A stretch of DNA of 32,000 nt from Erysipelotrichaceae bacterium (GCA_963676105.1 OY781039.1:1590001-1622000), one strand, 5' to 3'; shown: positions 17,246-25,688, counted from the first letter of the stretch. Notes: generated by a model not told the origin, from the letters alone. Program-made: numbers and translations.

Positions 17246-18550
17246 ATGAACGCATTAAGAAATCAATTTATATATCAAGTATTTGTGAGAAATTACTCCA
17301 AAGAAGGAACGCTTAAAGAAGTCACAAAAGATTTGAAGCGTATTAAAGATTTAGGAGCAGACATCCTTTATCTAATGCCTATTCAACCAATTGGGGTAAA
17401 AGGACGTAAAGGGACCTATGGTTCGCCGTATGCGATAAAAGACTATACTGCCATCAGTGAAGACTTAGGAACCATGGATGATTTTAAAAAGCTGATTGAA
17501 GAGTCTCATAAAAAAGATTTAAAAGTTATGTTGGATATTGTCTTCCATCACACTGCGCCTGATCATAATTGGACGATTGAGCATCCTGATTACTATGTTT
17601 ATAAGAATGGTAAGATGTCTAATAAAGTGGGTGAATGGGGAGATATTGTTGATTTTGAATATGACAATAATCCTAAACTTATTGAATCATTAACCCAAGT
17701 TTTAGAATATTGGGTAGACATGGGCTTAGATGGTTTTAGATTTGATGTGGCTAGTATGTTACCACATGAATTCTATCAAGTTGCTTTCCCAAGAATTAGA
17801 GCTAAGAACAAAGATTTAATTCTTTTAGGTGAATCTATTCATCTAGAGTTTAATGATTTCTTAAGATTTAATGGGTATCATGCCTTATCAGATTCAGAAC
17901 TCTATCAATACTATGATGTGCTCTATGATTATGATGCCCATGTACCTTATGCGAATTATCTAAGACAAAGTGGGGATTTAGAAGAGATGAATAAGTTCAT
18001 GCATCTACAAGAACAAATTTATCCAGCAACTTATGTCAAAGCTCGCAATATTGAAAATCATGACCAACCACGTAATCGTTATTACACTCAATCAGATGAA
18101 AAAACCAAACAATGGTTAGGCTATGTTTTCTTTGCGAAGGGAATTGCCTTTTTGAACAACGGAGTGGAAACAGGTAATGATCACTTAAATATGTTGTTTG
18201 AAAAAGATCCAATTGATTTTAAACACATCAAAAAAGATTGGGTAAAACTCATACAAAAACTAGCCCAACTTAAAAAAGACCCAATTATGGCACAAGACAA
18301 AGGCTATAAGATTGTGTCTCATGATAAAGATGTCTTACACTTTGAATATCATAATGAAAATGAAATTAGAGTTGGTATCTTTAATGTAGGAGCAAATCGT
18401 GGAGTCTTAGAAGTAGATTTACCAGAAGGGGTTTACACAAACCTGATTAATGATGAACAGTTTGAGGTAAGATTTCAAACAATTCCTCTGATGGATACAC
18501 CACTCATATTTTCAATAGACCTTAATAATAAACAAGAAGCAAACCACTAG
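17246..18550 (+). CDS. Intracellular GH13 alpha-amylase-family enzyme; subfamily and specificity unclear
   Basis: 434 aa with no signal peptide. GH13 regions DIVFHHT (region I, His in place of the usual Asn), GFRFDVASM, LLGESIH and ENHDQPR. Its GSPYAIKDY and EHPDYY motifs resemble those of the 696-aa enzyme at 19434..21524. Confidence 0.8.
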   Translation: MNALRNQFIYQVFVRNYSKEGTLKEVTKDLKRIKDLGADILYLMPIQPIGVKGRKGTYGSPYAIKDYTAISEDLGTMDDFKKLIEESHKKDLKVMLDIVFHHTAPDHNWTIEHPDYYVYKNGKMSNKVGEWGDIVDFEYDNNPKLIESLTQVLEYWVDMGLDGFRFDVASMLPHEFYQVAFPRIRAKNKDLILLGESIHLEFNDFLRFNGYHALSDSELYQYYDVLYDYDAHVPYANYLRQSGDLEEMNKFMHLQEQIYPATYVKARNIENHDQPRNRYYTQSDEKTKQWLGYVFFAKGIAFLNNGVETGNDHLNMLFEKDPIDFKHIKKDWVKLIQKLAQLKKDPIMAQDKGYKIVSHDKDVLHFEYHNENEIRVGIFNVGANRGVLEVDLPEGVYTNLINDEQFEVRFQTIPLMDTPLIFSIDLNNKQEANH

Positions 18551-18563
18551 GATTTGCTTCTTT
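18536..18563. terminator. Possible weak hairpin terminator between the convergent GH13 and DUF2202 genes
   Basis: Stem GAAGCAAA / TTTGCTTC with a 9-nt loop spanning the TAG stop. Only a short T run (ttt) follows. Confidence 0.35.
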
Positions 18564-18586
18564 ACATATATTTACTTGTGTTTGTT

Positions 18587-19324
18587 TTATCTACGACGTC
18601 CACGACCACCCATTGAAGTGAAATCTTGACCCATTATTTGATTTGAATCATAGCCATCAACATGAGCTTCAAATGCAGCTAAGTGATGCTCGGATGCATT
18701 CATTAGGTTTTCAAATACTGTTTCTACAGCTTCTGGTAAATCTAAGTCTAAGTAACCTTCATAAAGTGCGATATTAGCGATTTCCGCAACGACACCAATT
18801 TCATATGCTTCTTCTAATGTGTTAGGGACAATCGCGAAGTCTTCACCATGATCTTCAGGAACATTTAAGTCATAAGCTTCAAATACATTTGATAGAGCTT
18901 CAACATGCATTGTTTCTGCATTAATCAGTTGATAGAAAGGATTAACTGATCCAAACTCATCGACTAAGGCAATGTATTCTGCACGTGCTTTATATTCATC
19001 ATTGATTAGTACTGTGAGCATTTCTTCGAGTTCTGATTCATCGATATCTGATCCAGATAAATCTAAATTTGCTTCATCTAAGAAAAGTGTTTCATCACAG
19101 TTTTCTTGATCAGAACCATACATGCCCATTTCTGTATTATTTGTATTCATACGATTAGAGATGTCTTCAAATCTCCATTCACTGTTTGCTTGAACAGTTT
19201 CAAAGGCAGAGTGACTTGCGTATGTTTCTACGTTTGCATTGCTATTTGCGCCAAGTGTGTAAGCTAGAGCGACGGATAATATTAGAGTTGAGGCGGCTAA
19301 GCCATATGTTATATTTTTATTCAT
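18587..19324 (-). CDS. Secreted ferritin-like DUF2202-family protein
   Basis: 245 aa. Signal/anchor segment MNKNITYGLAASTLILSVALAYTLGANS, then an acidic linker, then two ferritin-like half-repeats (DEYKARAEYIALVDEFG...NAETMHVEAL and EIANIALYEGYL...NASEHHLAAF). The C-terminus is GGRGRRR. SD aaggaga precedes the start. Confidence 0.65.
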   Translation of the reverse strand: MNKNITYGLAASTLILSVALAYTLGANSNANVETYASHSAFETVQANSEWRFEDISNRMNTNNTEMGMYGSDQENCDETLFLDEANLDLSGSDIDESELEEMLTVLINDEYKARAEYIALVDEFGSVNPFYQLINAETMHVEALSNVFEAYDLNVPEDHGEDFAIVPNTLEEAYEIGVVAEIANIALYEGYLDLDLPEAVETVFENLMNASEHHLAAFEAHVDGYDSNQIMGQDFTSMGGRGRRR

Positions 19325-19404
19325 TGTTTAATTCTCCTTGTAGTTCTTCTTGCTACAAACAAATTGTAAACTTCAGTTATAACAAAACTGTTACATTTCA
19401 TATA

Positions 19405-19435
19405 CAAATTAAAAACCAGAATTGCTTCTGGTTTT
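19405..19435 (-). terminator. Rho-independent terminator after the 696-aa GH13 gene
   Basis: On the minus strand: AAAACCAGAA-gcaa-TTCTGGTTTT followed by taattt. The stem overlaps the TAA stop. Confidence 0.8.
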
Positions 19436-21524
19436 AGAGATTAATAACTAATACTTTGACTTCACCTTTTTTAAATGAAACATCAATGTGTGCATCTGAT
19501 TGAACATAGATTGCTTCAAGTGGTGCGTTGTTTTCAGAGGTGAAAATCTGTTTGACAAGTTTTCCATCTTCCTTATATTTTGAAGGAATGTTGTCTAACT
19601 TGATGTGATGAACTTCATCTTCTTCTGTGTTTGTATTGGCAATCACGAGTGTTACTTTTCCTTTTTGTGGGAAGGCAAAGCCTGCCGCTAAATCCCAAGG
19701 AGCACTAAAACCTAAAGGTTTAACCGTTTTTGGTTTAAGGAGTACTGGTAAAAGGGATTGTCTAATCTTATTTGCGCTTTCGAGCACTTCAATCATTTCC
19801 CAACGACGTGGATGGAGATAATGGAAACTATAACGATCAAAGAGTGCTAACTTACCAAAGAGAGGATCATGTTTTGGTAGTGCTTCTGCTTCGTTTGGTC
19901 GACAATCTAAACCTGTATTCATTGGTTGCTTTTCAAAGACTTCTTGACCACTATTTAAGAATGGTACGGTATTAGGTACAAATAGGTTAAACACTGATAA
20001 CATTTTAGCTAAGACTTCTTCACCCTTACGCGAAGCCAATCGTGGAGTATCATGTGTTTCACCACAGGCAAAGACGGCTGAAGGCATGGTTCTTGTTTTA
20101 TAGACAAAGTCATTGAACTTACCTTCTTTGATTCTAGGTTCCATGATGAATCCATTACCAATAATCATATTGTAGCCTTTGGCAATACTTGCTTTGGCGT
20201 TTGCTGGATCGAGTTCTTCGGCAATGAAACTAAAGTTAGGATCAATCTTTTTAGCCTTATCAATAATCATGGTGATGAGTTCTGGTGGTAAAGCATGACC
20301 CATATCAATACGAGCACCATCAATCCCAAAGTTTCTTTGATAGTAAGGGATAACATCGCTTAACATTTTCCATAAAGGTTTATTTGGTTTGCTTCCAGGA
20401 TTATAAGATGACTTAGCGACATCAAATAGAATATATGGTTCAAACTCACCTAATTTCTTAAGGTAGGGTTGAGAATTAAGTGGATGATCTAAATACAATC
20501 TAAAGTATGTGACATCAGTCCATGCAGGCTGAGGATCATTAATATGATCTGAGAAAGCAGGGGCAACTGTCATTTTAAAATAAGATTGTACTAAATCTAA
20601 GATTTCTTTTGTATTACCTTCAGACTTATATTCTTTAACGAGTTCTGCCCATTTAGCTGAATCAATGTCCTTAGGATTCTTTCTAAATTTATGTAGATGT
20701 TCCTCAACATTTGGAGAAGAGAATAAATCTTTAAAGTATTCTTTCTTAGCAGGTAAAGTATCTTTTAAACCTTCAACCATTGGAGGTGCATAGTTTTTAA
20801 GATCTTTTAAGTCGATCCAATAAAACCAATCAGGATGATCAATAATGAGATCTGAGTTTACAGAATTGGTTCTTGGGATAATATCGATAACCACTTTCAT
20901 ATCTAAAGCATGAGCAGCTTCAACGAAGGCTTTAAACTCTTCTTCGATTGTAGTGTGATCAGCTGTCATTGGATCTTTTAGAAGCGGATCTAAAGCTGTA
21001 AAGTTAGCCACACCATAAGGTGAACCCAATTCACCTTTTTTATCTTTTAAGGAATATTTAGCGATTGGCAACATATATAAAACATCAATCCCTAAACGTT
21101 TTAAATTCGGTAGTAAAGCTAATGTTTTTATAAAGGTTCCGGTATCTTTTAATTCATAAAAGTTTTTATCCATTAAATAACCAGTACGATCATGATCGTA
21201 AGAGCCGGATGTACGAATCATCATGGAATAAACAGAAGATGCCTTGATCCAATCCCCATTATCTAAACCGTAGGGTACTTCGTTTTTTAAGTAATAACCT
21301 GACAGTGGAGCTGGTTTTTCTTTAAGGAAAACATTTTTGATTAGTGCGCGATAAAAATGATAAGGATTCACTAAGACGTTGCCATCATGGACCGATATTT
21401 TTTCACCCTTATAGTCAAAGGACAGCCAAGTATCTGGGATGGCAAAATTAAACATTTCTGGTTGATTAATTGCTTCAGCATCAAGTGCTTTAACAATCTT
21501 TTTTAAGTATTTACTCATGGTCAC
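19434..21524 (-). CDS. Atypical GH13 alpha-glucan transferase-like enzyme (resembles Thermotoga maltosyltransferase MmtA; GlgE-like HPDWF motif)
   Basis: 696 aa with no signal peptide. Motifs: GIDVLYMLPI, GSPYGVANFTALDP, DIIPRTNSVNSDLIIDHPDWFYWI (region I lacks the usual NH), INDPQPAWTDVTYFRLYLDHP, GIDGARIDMGHALP, FIAEELD and ETHDTPR. The MmtA assignment comes from my memory of that sequence, not from a search. SD agaggtga precedes the start. Confidence 0.65.
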   Translation of the reverse strand: MTMSKYLKKIVKALDAEAINQPEMFNFAIPDTWLSFDYKGEKISVHDGNVLVNPYHFYRALIKNVFLKEKPAPLSGYYLKNEVPYGLDNGDWIKASSVYSMMIRTSGSYDHDRTGYLMDKNFYELKDTGTFIKTLALLPNLKRLGIDVLYMLPIAKYSLKDKKGELGSPYGVANFTALDPLLKDPMTADHTTIEEEFKAFVEAAHALDMKVVIDIIPRTNSVNSDLIIDHPDWFYWIDLKDLKNYAPPMVEGLKDTLPAKKEYFKDLFSSPNVEEHLHKFRKNPKDIDSAKWAELVKEYKSEGNTKEILDLVQSYFKMTVAPAFSDHINDPQPAWTDVTYFRLYLDHPLNSQPYLKKLGEFEPYILFDVAKSSYNPGSKPNKPLWKMLSDVIPYYQRNFGIDGARIDMGHALPPELITMIIDKAKKIDPNFSFIAEELDPANAKASIAKGYNMIIGNGFIMEPRIKEGKFNDFVYKTRTMPSAVFACGETHDTPRLASRKGEEVLAKMLSVFNLFVPNTVPFLNSGQEVFEKQPMNTGLDCRPNEAEALPKHDPLFGKLALFDRYSFHYLHPRRWEMIEVLESANKIRQSLLPVLLKPKTVKPLGFSAPWDLAAGFAFPQKGKVTLVIANTNTEEDEVHHIKLDNIPSKYKEDGKLVKQIFTSENNAPLEAIYVQSDAHIDVSFKKGEVKVLVINL

Positions 21525-21548
21525 CTCTTTCTTTTAATCATACCATAC

Positions 21549-21562
21549 TAAAAGCGCTTACA
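21549..21562. promoter_or_regulatory. cre-like operator in the divergent intergenic region
   Basis: The minus-strand reading TGTAAGCGCTTTTA matches the cre consensus at 13 of 14 positions. It is nearly perfectly palindromic around the central GCGC. It lies about 25-40 nt upstream of the minus-strand gene's SD. Confidence 0.55.
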
Positions 21563-21623
21563 ATTGTGCACTAGAACCAATATTTGTTATGAAATTATGT
21601 GCTGAAATGTTAAACTTTATTAC

Positions 21624-22961
21624 ATGAAACACGGCTTTTATTTAGGACTCTCAATTCTTATCAGTTTTAACGCTTTAATGTTAACGTATGCTCAAGTTAC
21701 AGCCGATCGCACCTGTGAAGAAGGTGAAGCTTTAGTGTGTTATGACTATAATGATTATGCCTTTCATGTTGAAGAAGATGCATCGATTTTAGTTGAAGTT
21801 GTCAGTGATCAATATGGTGAAGCTTTGCGTGTTTTATGGGATAAAACATATCCAGATCATAAAGGAGCGCTTACCTATATCGTCGGTGAATCTGAAGAAG
21901 CTGATATAAAATTTATGAAACTATCCAATGCATTGTTTAAAATGGATGAATGGATGGGTTTAATGAATCCTGAAACCTTTAATTCATTAGATAAAGTCGC
22001 AAGTGAAATTAACTACAATGATTTGTTATTTGTACCGATGTCTGCAGATGGTTTTGCCTTTATTACCAACATTCAAAAACTAGAAGAACTAGAAATGTCT
22101 ACTGAAGATTTAAATAATGATCAGTTAGTGGATAGCGTTGATAGTTTTGCGAAAATACAAAGTCAATTTGAAGACATTTATTTAGATACAAATATTATGC
22201 ATCTTAGTTTGAATGAACCCTATGTTTTTTATCCGTTTTTAACGGCAGGGAATTGGGAATTGTTTGGCGATAATTTAGCCTATGATCCTGGATTTGAAGA
22301 TGTCTCATTCTTAGAGAGTTTAAAGTTTATTGAATCAATATCTAATTATCATTGGGATGGTCAAAAAGCTCAGTCATCAGAGGCCTACAACTGGGAATAT
22401 ATTACCGCCATGGAAACCAACGACTTTGTTTTTTCGATCGTTGCTTCATGGATGTTTGTTGATGCCTTAGAAGAAAAAATTGAAGGGAATTGGCAAGTAT
22501 CTCATTTTCCTTCATCTGCTGAAGAAACTAATCCATTAAGCCCTTTATTAACCAATGTTTATGGATATGTATTAGACAAGGATGTCAGCTATCCAAGCAT
22601 GGCGCATGAGGTGCTTCGCTTAATACGCTCATTTGATGGGATTGAAAGGTTTTATAATTCGACAGATTTAATTCCATTATTCCCAAGTGAAAAATTCAAA
22701 TTTTTAGAACTAGAAGATAGTACACGTGCACAATTTTCTCAGGCTTTGAGTTTCGGACAAACTGAGCCATTAATCGCCTTTGAAAACGATTTAACAACAT
22801 CTGCATTTTCGCTCTATTATGAAGTCGATTTTATGGAAGTGATTCGTCGTTTATGGGATGGTGAAATCACTGCTGAAGAGGCGCAAATTGAAATATGCAT
22901 GAAATCAGATGCATGGTTATACCAACATGAAGAAGAAATTCGTTATGATGGGGATGAATGA
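21624..22961 (+). CDS. Secreted protein of unknown function with a loose resemblance to family-1 extracellular solute-binding proteins
   Basis: 445 aa. Signal-like N-terminus MKHGFYLGLSILISFNALMLTYAQV with no lipobox. It has the general layout of a sugar solute-binding protein (...ILVEVVSDQYGEALRVLWDKTYPDHKG..., FVPMSADGFAFITN), but I recognise no firm motif. No SD precedes the ATG. Confidence 0.4.
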   Translation: MKHGFYLGLSILISFNALMLTYAQVTADRTCEEGEALVCYDYNDYAFHVEEDASILVEVVSDQYGEALRVLWDKTYPDHKGALTYIVGESEEADIKFMKLSNALFKMDEWMGLMNPETFNSLDKVASEINYNDLLFVPMSADGFAFITNIQKLEELEMSTEDLNNDQLVDSVDSFAKIQSQFEDIYLDTNIMHLSLNEPYVFYPFLTAGNWELFGDNLAYDPGFEDVSFLESLKFIESISNYHWDGQKAQSSEAYNWEYITAMETNDFVFSIVASWMFVDALEEKIEGNWQVSHFPSSAEETNPLSPLLTNVYGYVLDKDVSYPSMAHEVLRLIRSFDGIERFYNSTDLIPLFPSEKFKFLELEDSTRAQFSQALSFGQTEPLIAFENDLTTSAFSLYYEVDFMEVIRRLWDGEITAEEAQIEICMKSDAWLYQHEEEIRYDGDE

Positions 22962-23617
22962 TGCAAGACTGGAATGAATTCTTAAAAAGTGAATTTAAAG
23001 AAGATTACTTTATTTCACTAAGTGAAAAACTAAAAAAGGCATATGAAACTTCAATGGTTTATCCACCAAAGGATGAAGTGTTCTCAGCTTTTTCATATGC
23101 CCATTATGATGATTTAAAAGTGGTAATCGTAGGTCAAGATCCTTATCATCAAGTGAATCAAGCACATGGTTTATGTTTCTCCGTATCTAAAGGAATTAAA
23201 ATTCCTCCTAGCTTAAGAAATATCTATAAAGAGTTAAATACTGATATAGGCTGTGATATGCCCGAACATGGCTATTTAGTTGATTGGGCAAAACAAGGAG
23301 TGTTAATGTTGAATGCTTCGTTGACAGTTGAAGATAGTAAACCAATGGCACACAAGAATTTTGGTTGGGCGACCTTTTATCAACATGTCTTAGAGAAGTG
23401 TAATGAACACGATTCTCCAATTGTCTTTATTTTATGGGGAAGACATGCGCAAAATGCAAAGACTTTTATAACTGATCCAAAACATTTGATTATCGAAGCG
23501 GCTCATCCATCGCCGTTATCAGCACATAATGGATTCTTTGGATCTAAACCTTTTTCTAAAACAAATGATTTTCTTTCACGACATCATCGTGAAACGATAG
23601 ATTGGTGTATCAAATGA
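22958..23617 (+). CDS. ung: Uracil-DNA glycosylase (family 1)
   Basis: 219 aa. Catalytic water-activating loop VVIVGQDPYH, GVLMLNASLTV, and the leucine-intercalation loop HPSPLSA. The ATG overlaps the upstream stop (ATGA). Confidence 0.95.
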   Translation: MMQDWNEFLKSEFKEDYFISLSEKLKKAYETSMVYPPKDEVFSAFSYAHYDDLKVVIVGQDPYHQVNQAHGLCFSVSKGIKIPPSLRNIYKELNTDIGCDMPEHGYLVDWAKQGVLMLNASLTVEDSKPMAHKNFGWATFYQHVLEKCNEHDSPIVFILWGRHAQNAKTFITDPKHLIIEAAHPSPLSAHNGFFGSKPFSKTNDFLSRHHRETIDWCIK

Positions 23618-24861
23618 GATTTAAAAATAGTGAAGCATTCTTAGAATATTTATTACCACGTATGTCAAAAGGTCGATATGGTATTGATCATTTTAAAAAA
23701 GCCATGGATTATCTAAAACACCCTCAAAAGGATTTAAAGGTAATTCATGTGGGTGGAACCAATGGTAAAGGATCAACCACTAATTTCTTGCGCAGTATTT
23801 ATCAAGAAAATGGCTATAAAGTAGGAACTTTTACATCTCCACATTTAGAAAAACATAATGATCGTATCCGTATTAATGATATTTATATCAGTGATGAAGA
23901 GATTACCTTCTATGGGAATAAATATTATGATGTGTTTGAAGAATTCAACTTATCGATGTTTGAGATAGATGTCTTAATTTCTGTGATGTATTTTTTAGAT
24001 GAAAAAGTGGATATCGCAATCTTTGAAGTTGGGCTAGGTGGTCGATTGGATGCGACCAATATTGTTGATCCTGTGGCTTCAGTCATCACAACAATTGGTT
24101 TAGATCATATGGAATATCTAGGGGATACTTTAGAAGAAATCAGTGCTGAAAAAGCAGGGATTATAAAACCACATAGAAAAGTTTTTGTTGGTGAACCTAA
24201 AACCAACTGTGTTGAAGTGTTTAAGAAAAGAGCAGAGGAATTAAACTGTGAATTTCAACATGTAGACTTAGCTGATCATATACATATTGAAGAAGCTTGT
24301 TGTTTTATGTATGAAGGTGAAATGATACATTTAAAATCATTGGCGAAATACCAAGCGAATAATGCTCATTTAGCACTAGAAGTTGCGAAAGGTTTAAAAG
24401 ATGTTTTCCCGTATGATTTAAAGAAAGCCATTCAAGGTGTTCATTCAACACAATGGAAGGGTCGATTTGAAGAATATCTAAAACCACAACGAATAATACT
24501 AGATGGTGCTCATAATGAGCATGGGATGCAGGCATTAGTGGATAGTATTGATGTACTTAGACATCCACGTGTTGCGATCTTTAGTGCATTACGTGATAAA
24601 GACACCGATGGCATGATAAAAGACCTGATGAAGGTCTGTGATAAAGTGATTGTGACCCACTTTGAATTTCATCGAGCTCAAAGTTTAGAAAATCTCGCAA
24701 AAGACTTTAATGTTCTCGCAATTGAAGATCCTAAAAAAGCTATTGAAAAAGGCTTTGAATTAAGTAATAATGGGTCTTTATTGATAACTGGTTCATTGTA
24801 TTTCATATCTTTAGTTAGACAAGAAATACTCGTTGAACTACATCAGGAAGGAGTATTTTAA
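23614..24861 (+). CDS. folC: Bifunctional folylpolyglutamate synthase / dihydrofolate synthase
   Basis: Mur-ligase P-loop HVGGTNGKGST, plus TSPHL, GLGGRLDATN and DGAHN motifs. The track start is a TTG at 23602. I prefer the ATG at 23614 because it overlaps the ung stop (ATGA). Confidence 0.9.
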   Translation: MRFKNSEAFLEYLLPRMSKGRYGIDHFKKAMDYLKHPQKDLKVIHVGGTNGKGSTTNFLRSIYQENGYKVGTFTSPHLEKHNDRIRINDIYISDEEITFYGNKYYDVFEEFNLSMFEIDVLISVMYFLDEKVDIAIFEVGLGGRLDATNIVDPVASVITTIGLDHMEYLGDTLEEISAEKAGIIKPHRKVFVGEPKTNCVEVFKKRAEELNCEFQHVDLADHIHIEEACCFMYEGEMIHLKSLAKYQANNAHLALEVAKGLKDVFPYDLKKAIQGVHSTQWKGRFEEYLKPQRIILDGAHNEHGMQALVDSIDVLRHPRVAIFSALRDKDTDGMIKDLMKVCDKVIVTHFEFHRAQSLENLAKDFNVLAIEDPKKAIEKGFELSNNGSLLITGSLYFISLVRQEILVELHQEGVF

Positions 24862-25646
24862 TGATTTATGGTCAAATCGTTTCGGGGGTAGGCATTTTCG
24901 CCTTAGCATATGTAGCTTTTTACAAACAAAACTTCAAATTTGAAGTATCAACGCTAGTAAAAGTAAGTTTCCTCGTATTGGTTTCATTTATACTAGCACT
25001 CTTTTCTTGGATGTTTCCGATTATGGGATTTCCAGCTGTTAAAGTTGGTTTATCTCAATTACCTTTAATGTTAGTTGGGTTCTTATTTGGTCCTAGTTGG
25101 GGATTTTTAGCCGGTTTAAGTGCCGATATGATTGAACTGATGAGTGGAACGATTGCGCTTCCATTCTTTGGCTTTACACTGAATAAGATTTTAATTGCGA
25201 TGTTGCCTGGAATTATTCGCAAATATAAAGAAAAGGCAAGTTTAACTGAGATTATCATTTTTGTGATGGCACTTAGTGCTGCCGCAATCGCTTATGTCTT
25301 TACACGTGATGGAGTGACCATTAATGATGCCTTTATTGCGGTTGATATGAATACGAAACTAATCGTGTCATTCGGTGTTGTCATTTTAAGTTCGGGTCTT
25401 CTATATGCGATTAGAGAGATCACAAAACGAGAAATTTTAGATTATACATACCTTTGGGTATTCTCAATTATTTTAGTGGAATTGGTCGTAAACCTAATGT
25501 TGACGCCGATTTGGCTCAATGTCATGTATGGCTTGCCGATTTCAATTAGCGTTACAGTTCGCTTGTTAAAAATCGTCATAATGATCCCAATTAATACTCT
25601 AATTGGACTGGTGTCATTAAAAGTACTGTCAAAAGTTAACGTTTAA
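24861..25646 (+). CDS. Polytopic membrane protein, ECF-transporter S-component-like (putative folate transporter FolT)
   Basis: 261 aa with about 7 hydrophobic segments. S-component-like motifs LSQLPLMLVGFLFGPSWGFLAGLSADMIE and FFGFTLNKILIAMLPGII. It is translationally coupled to folC (TAATG). It is longer than the typical FolT. Confidence 0.5.
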   Translation: MIYGQIVSGVGIFALAYVAFYKQNFKFEVSTLVKVSFLVLVSFILALFSWMFPIMGFPAVKVGLSQLPLMLVGFLFGPSWGFLAGLSADMIELMSGTIALPFFGFTLNKILIAMLPGIIRKYKEKASLTEIIIFVMALSAAAIAYVFTRDGVTINDAFIAVDMNTKLIVSFGVVILSSGLLYAIREITKREILDYTYLWVFSIILVELVVNLMLTPIWLNVMYGLPISISVTVRLLKIVIMIPINTLIGLVSLKVLSKVNV

Positions 25647-25682
25647 TTAACCTATCCATACATATTTAACCTTTAAACACGG

Positions 25683-25688
25683 TATAAT
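25683..25688 (+). promoter_or_regulatory. Candidate -10 box of the glgCDA promoter
   Basis: A perfect TATAAT lies 34 nt upstream of the glgC ATG. No convincing -35 is present. Confidence 0.35.

Noticed and set aside
19186-19975. Plus-strand ORFs 19186..19437, 19627..19821 and 19772..19975
   Set aside because: They are antisense to the DUF2202 gene and the 696-aa GH13 gene. The first also runs through a promoter and a terminator. They have no SD and no motifs.
24800-24870. THF (folate) riboswitch upstream of the FolT-like gene
   Set aside because: folC and the FolT-like gene overlap (TAATG), so there is no untranslated space for a riboswitch. No intergenic region in the window exceeds about 110 nt, which also argues against T-boxes and other large leader RNAs.
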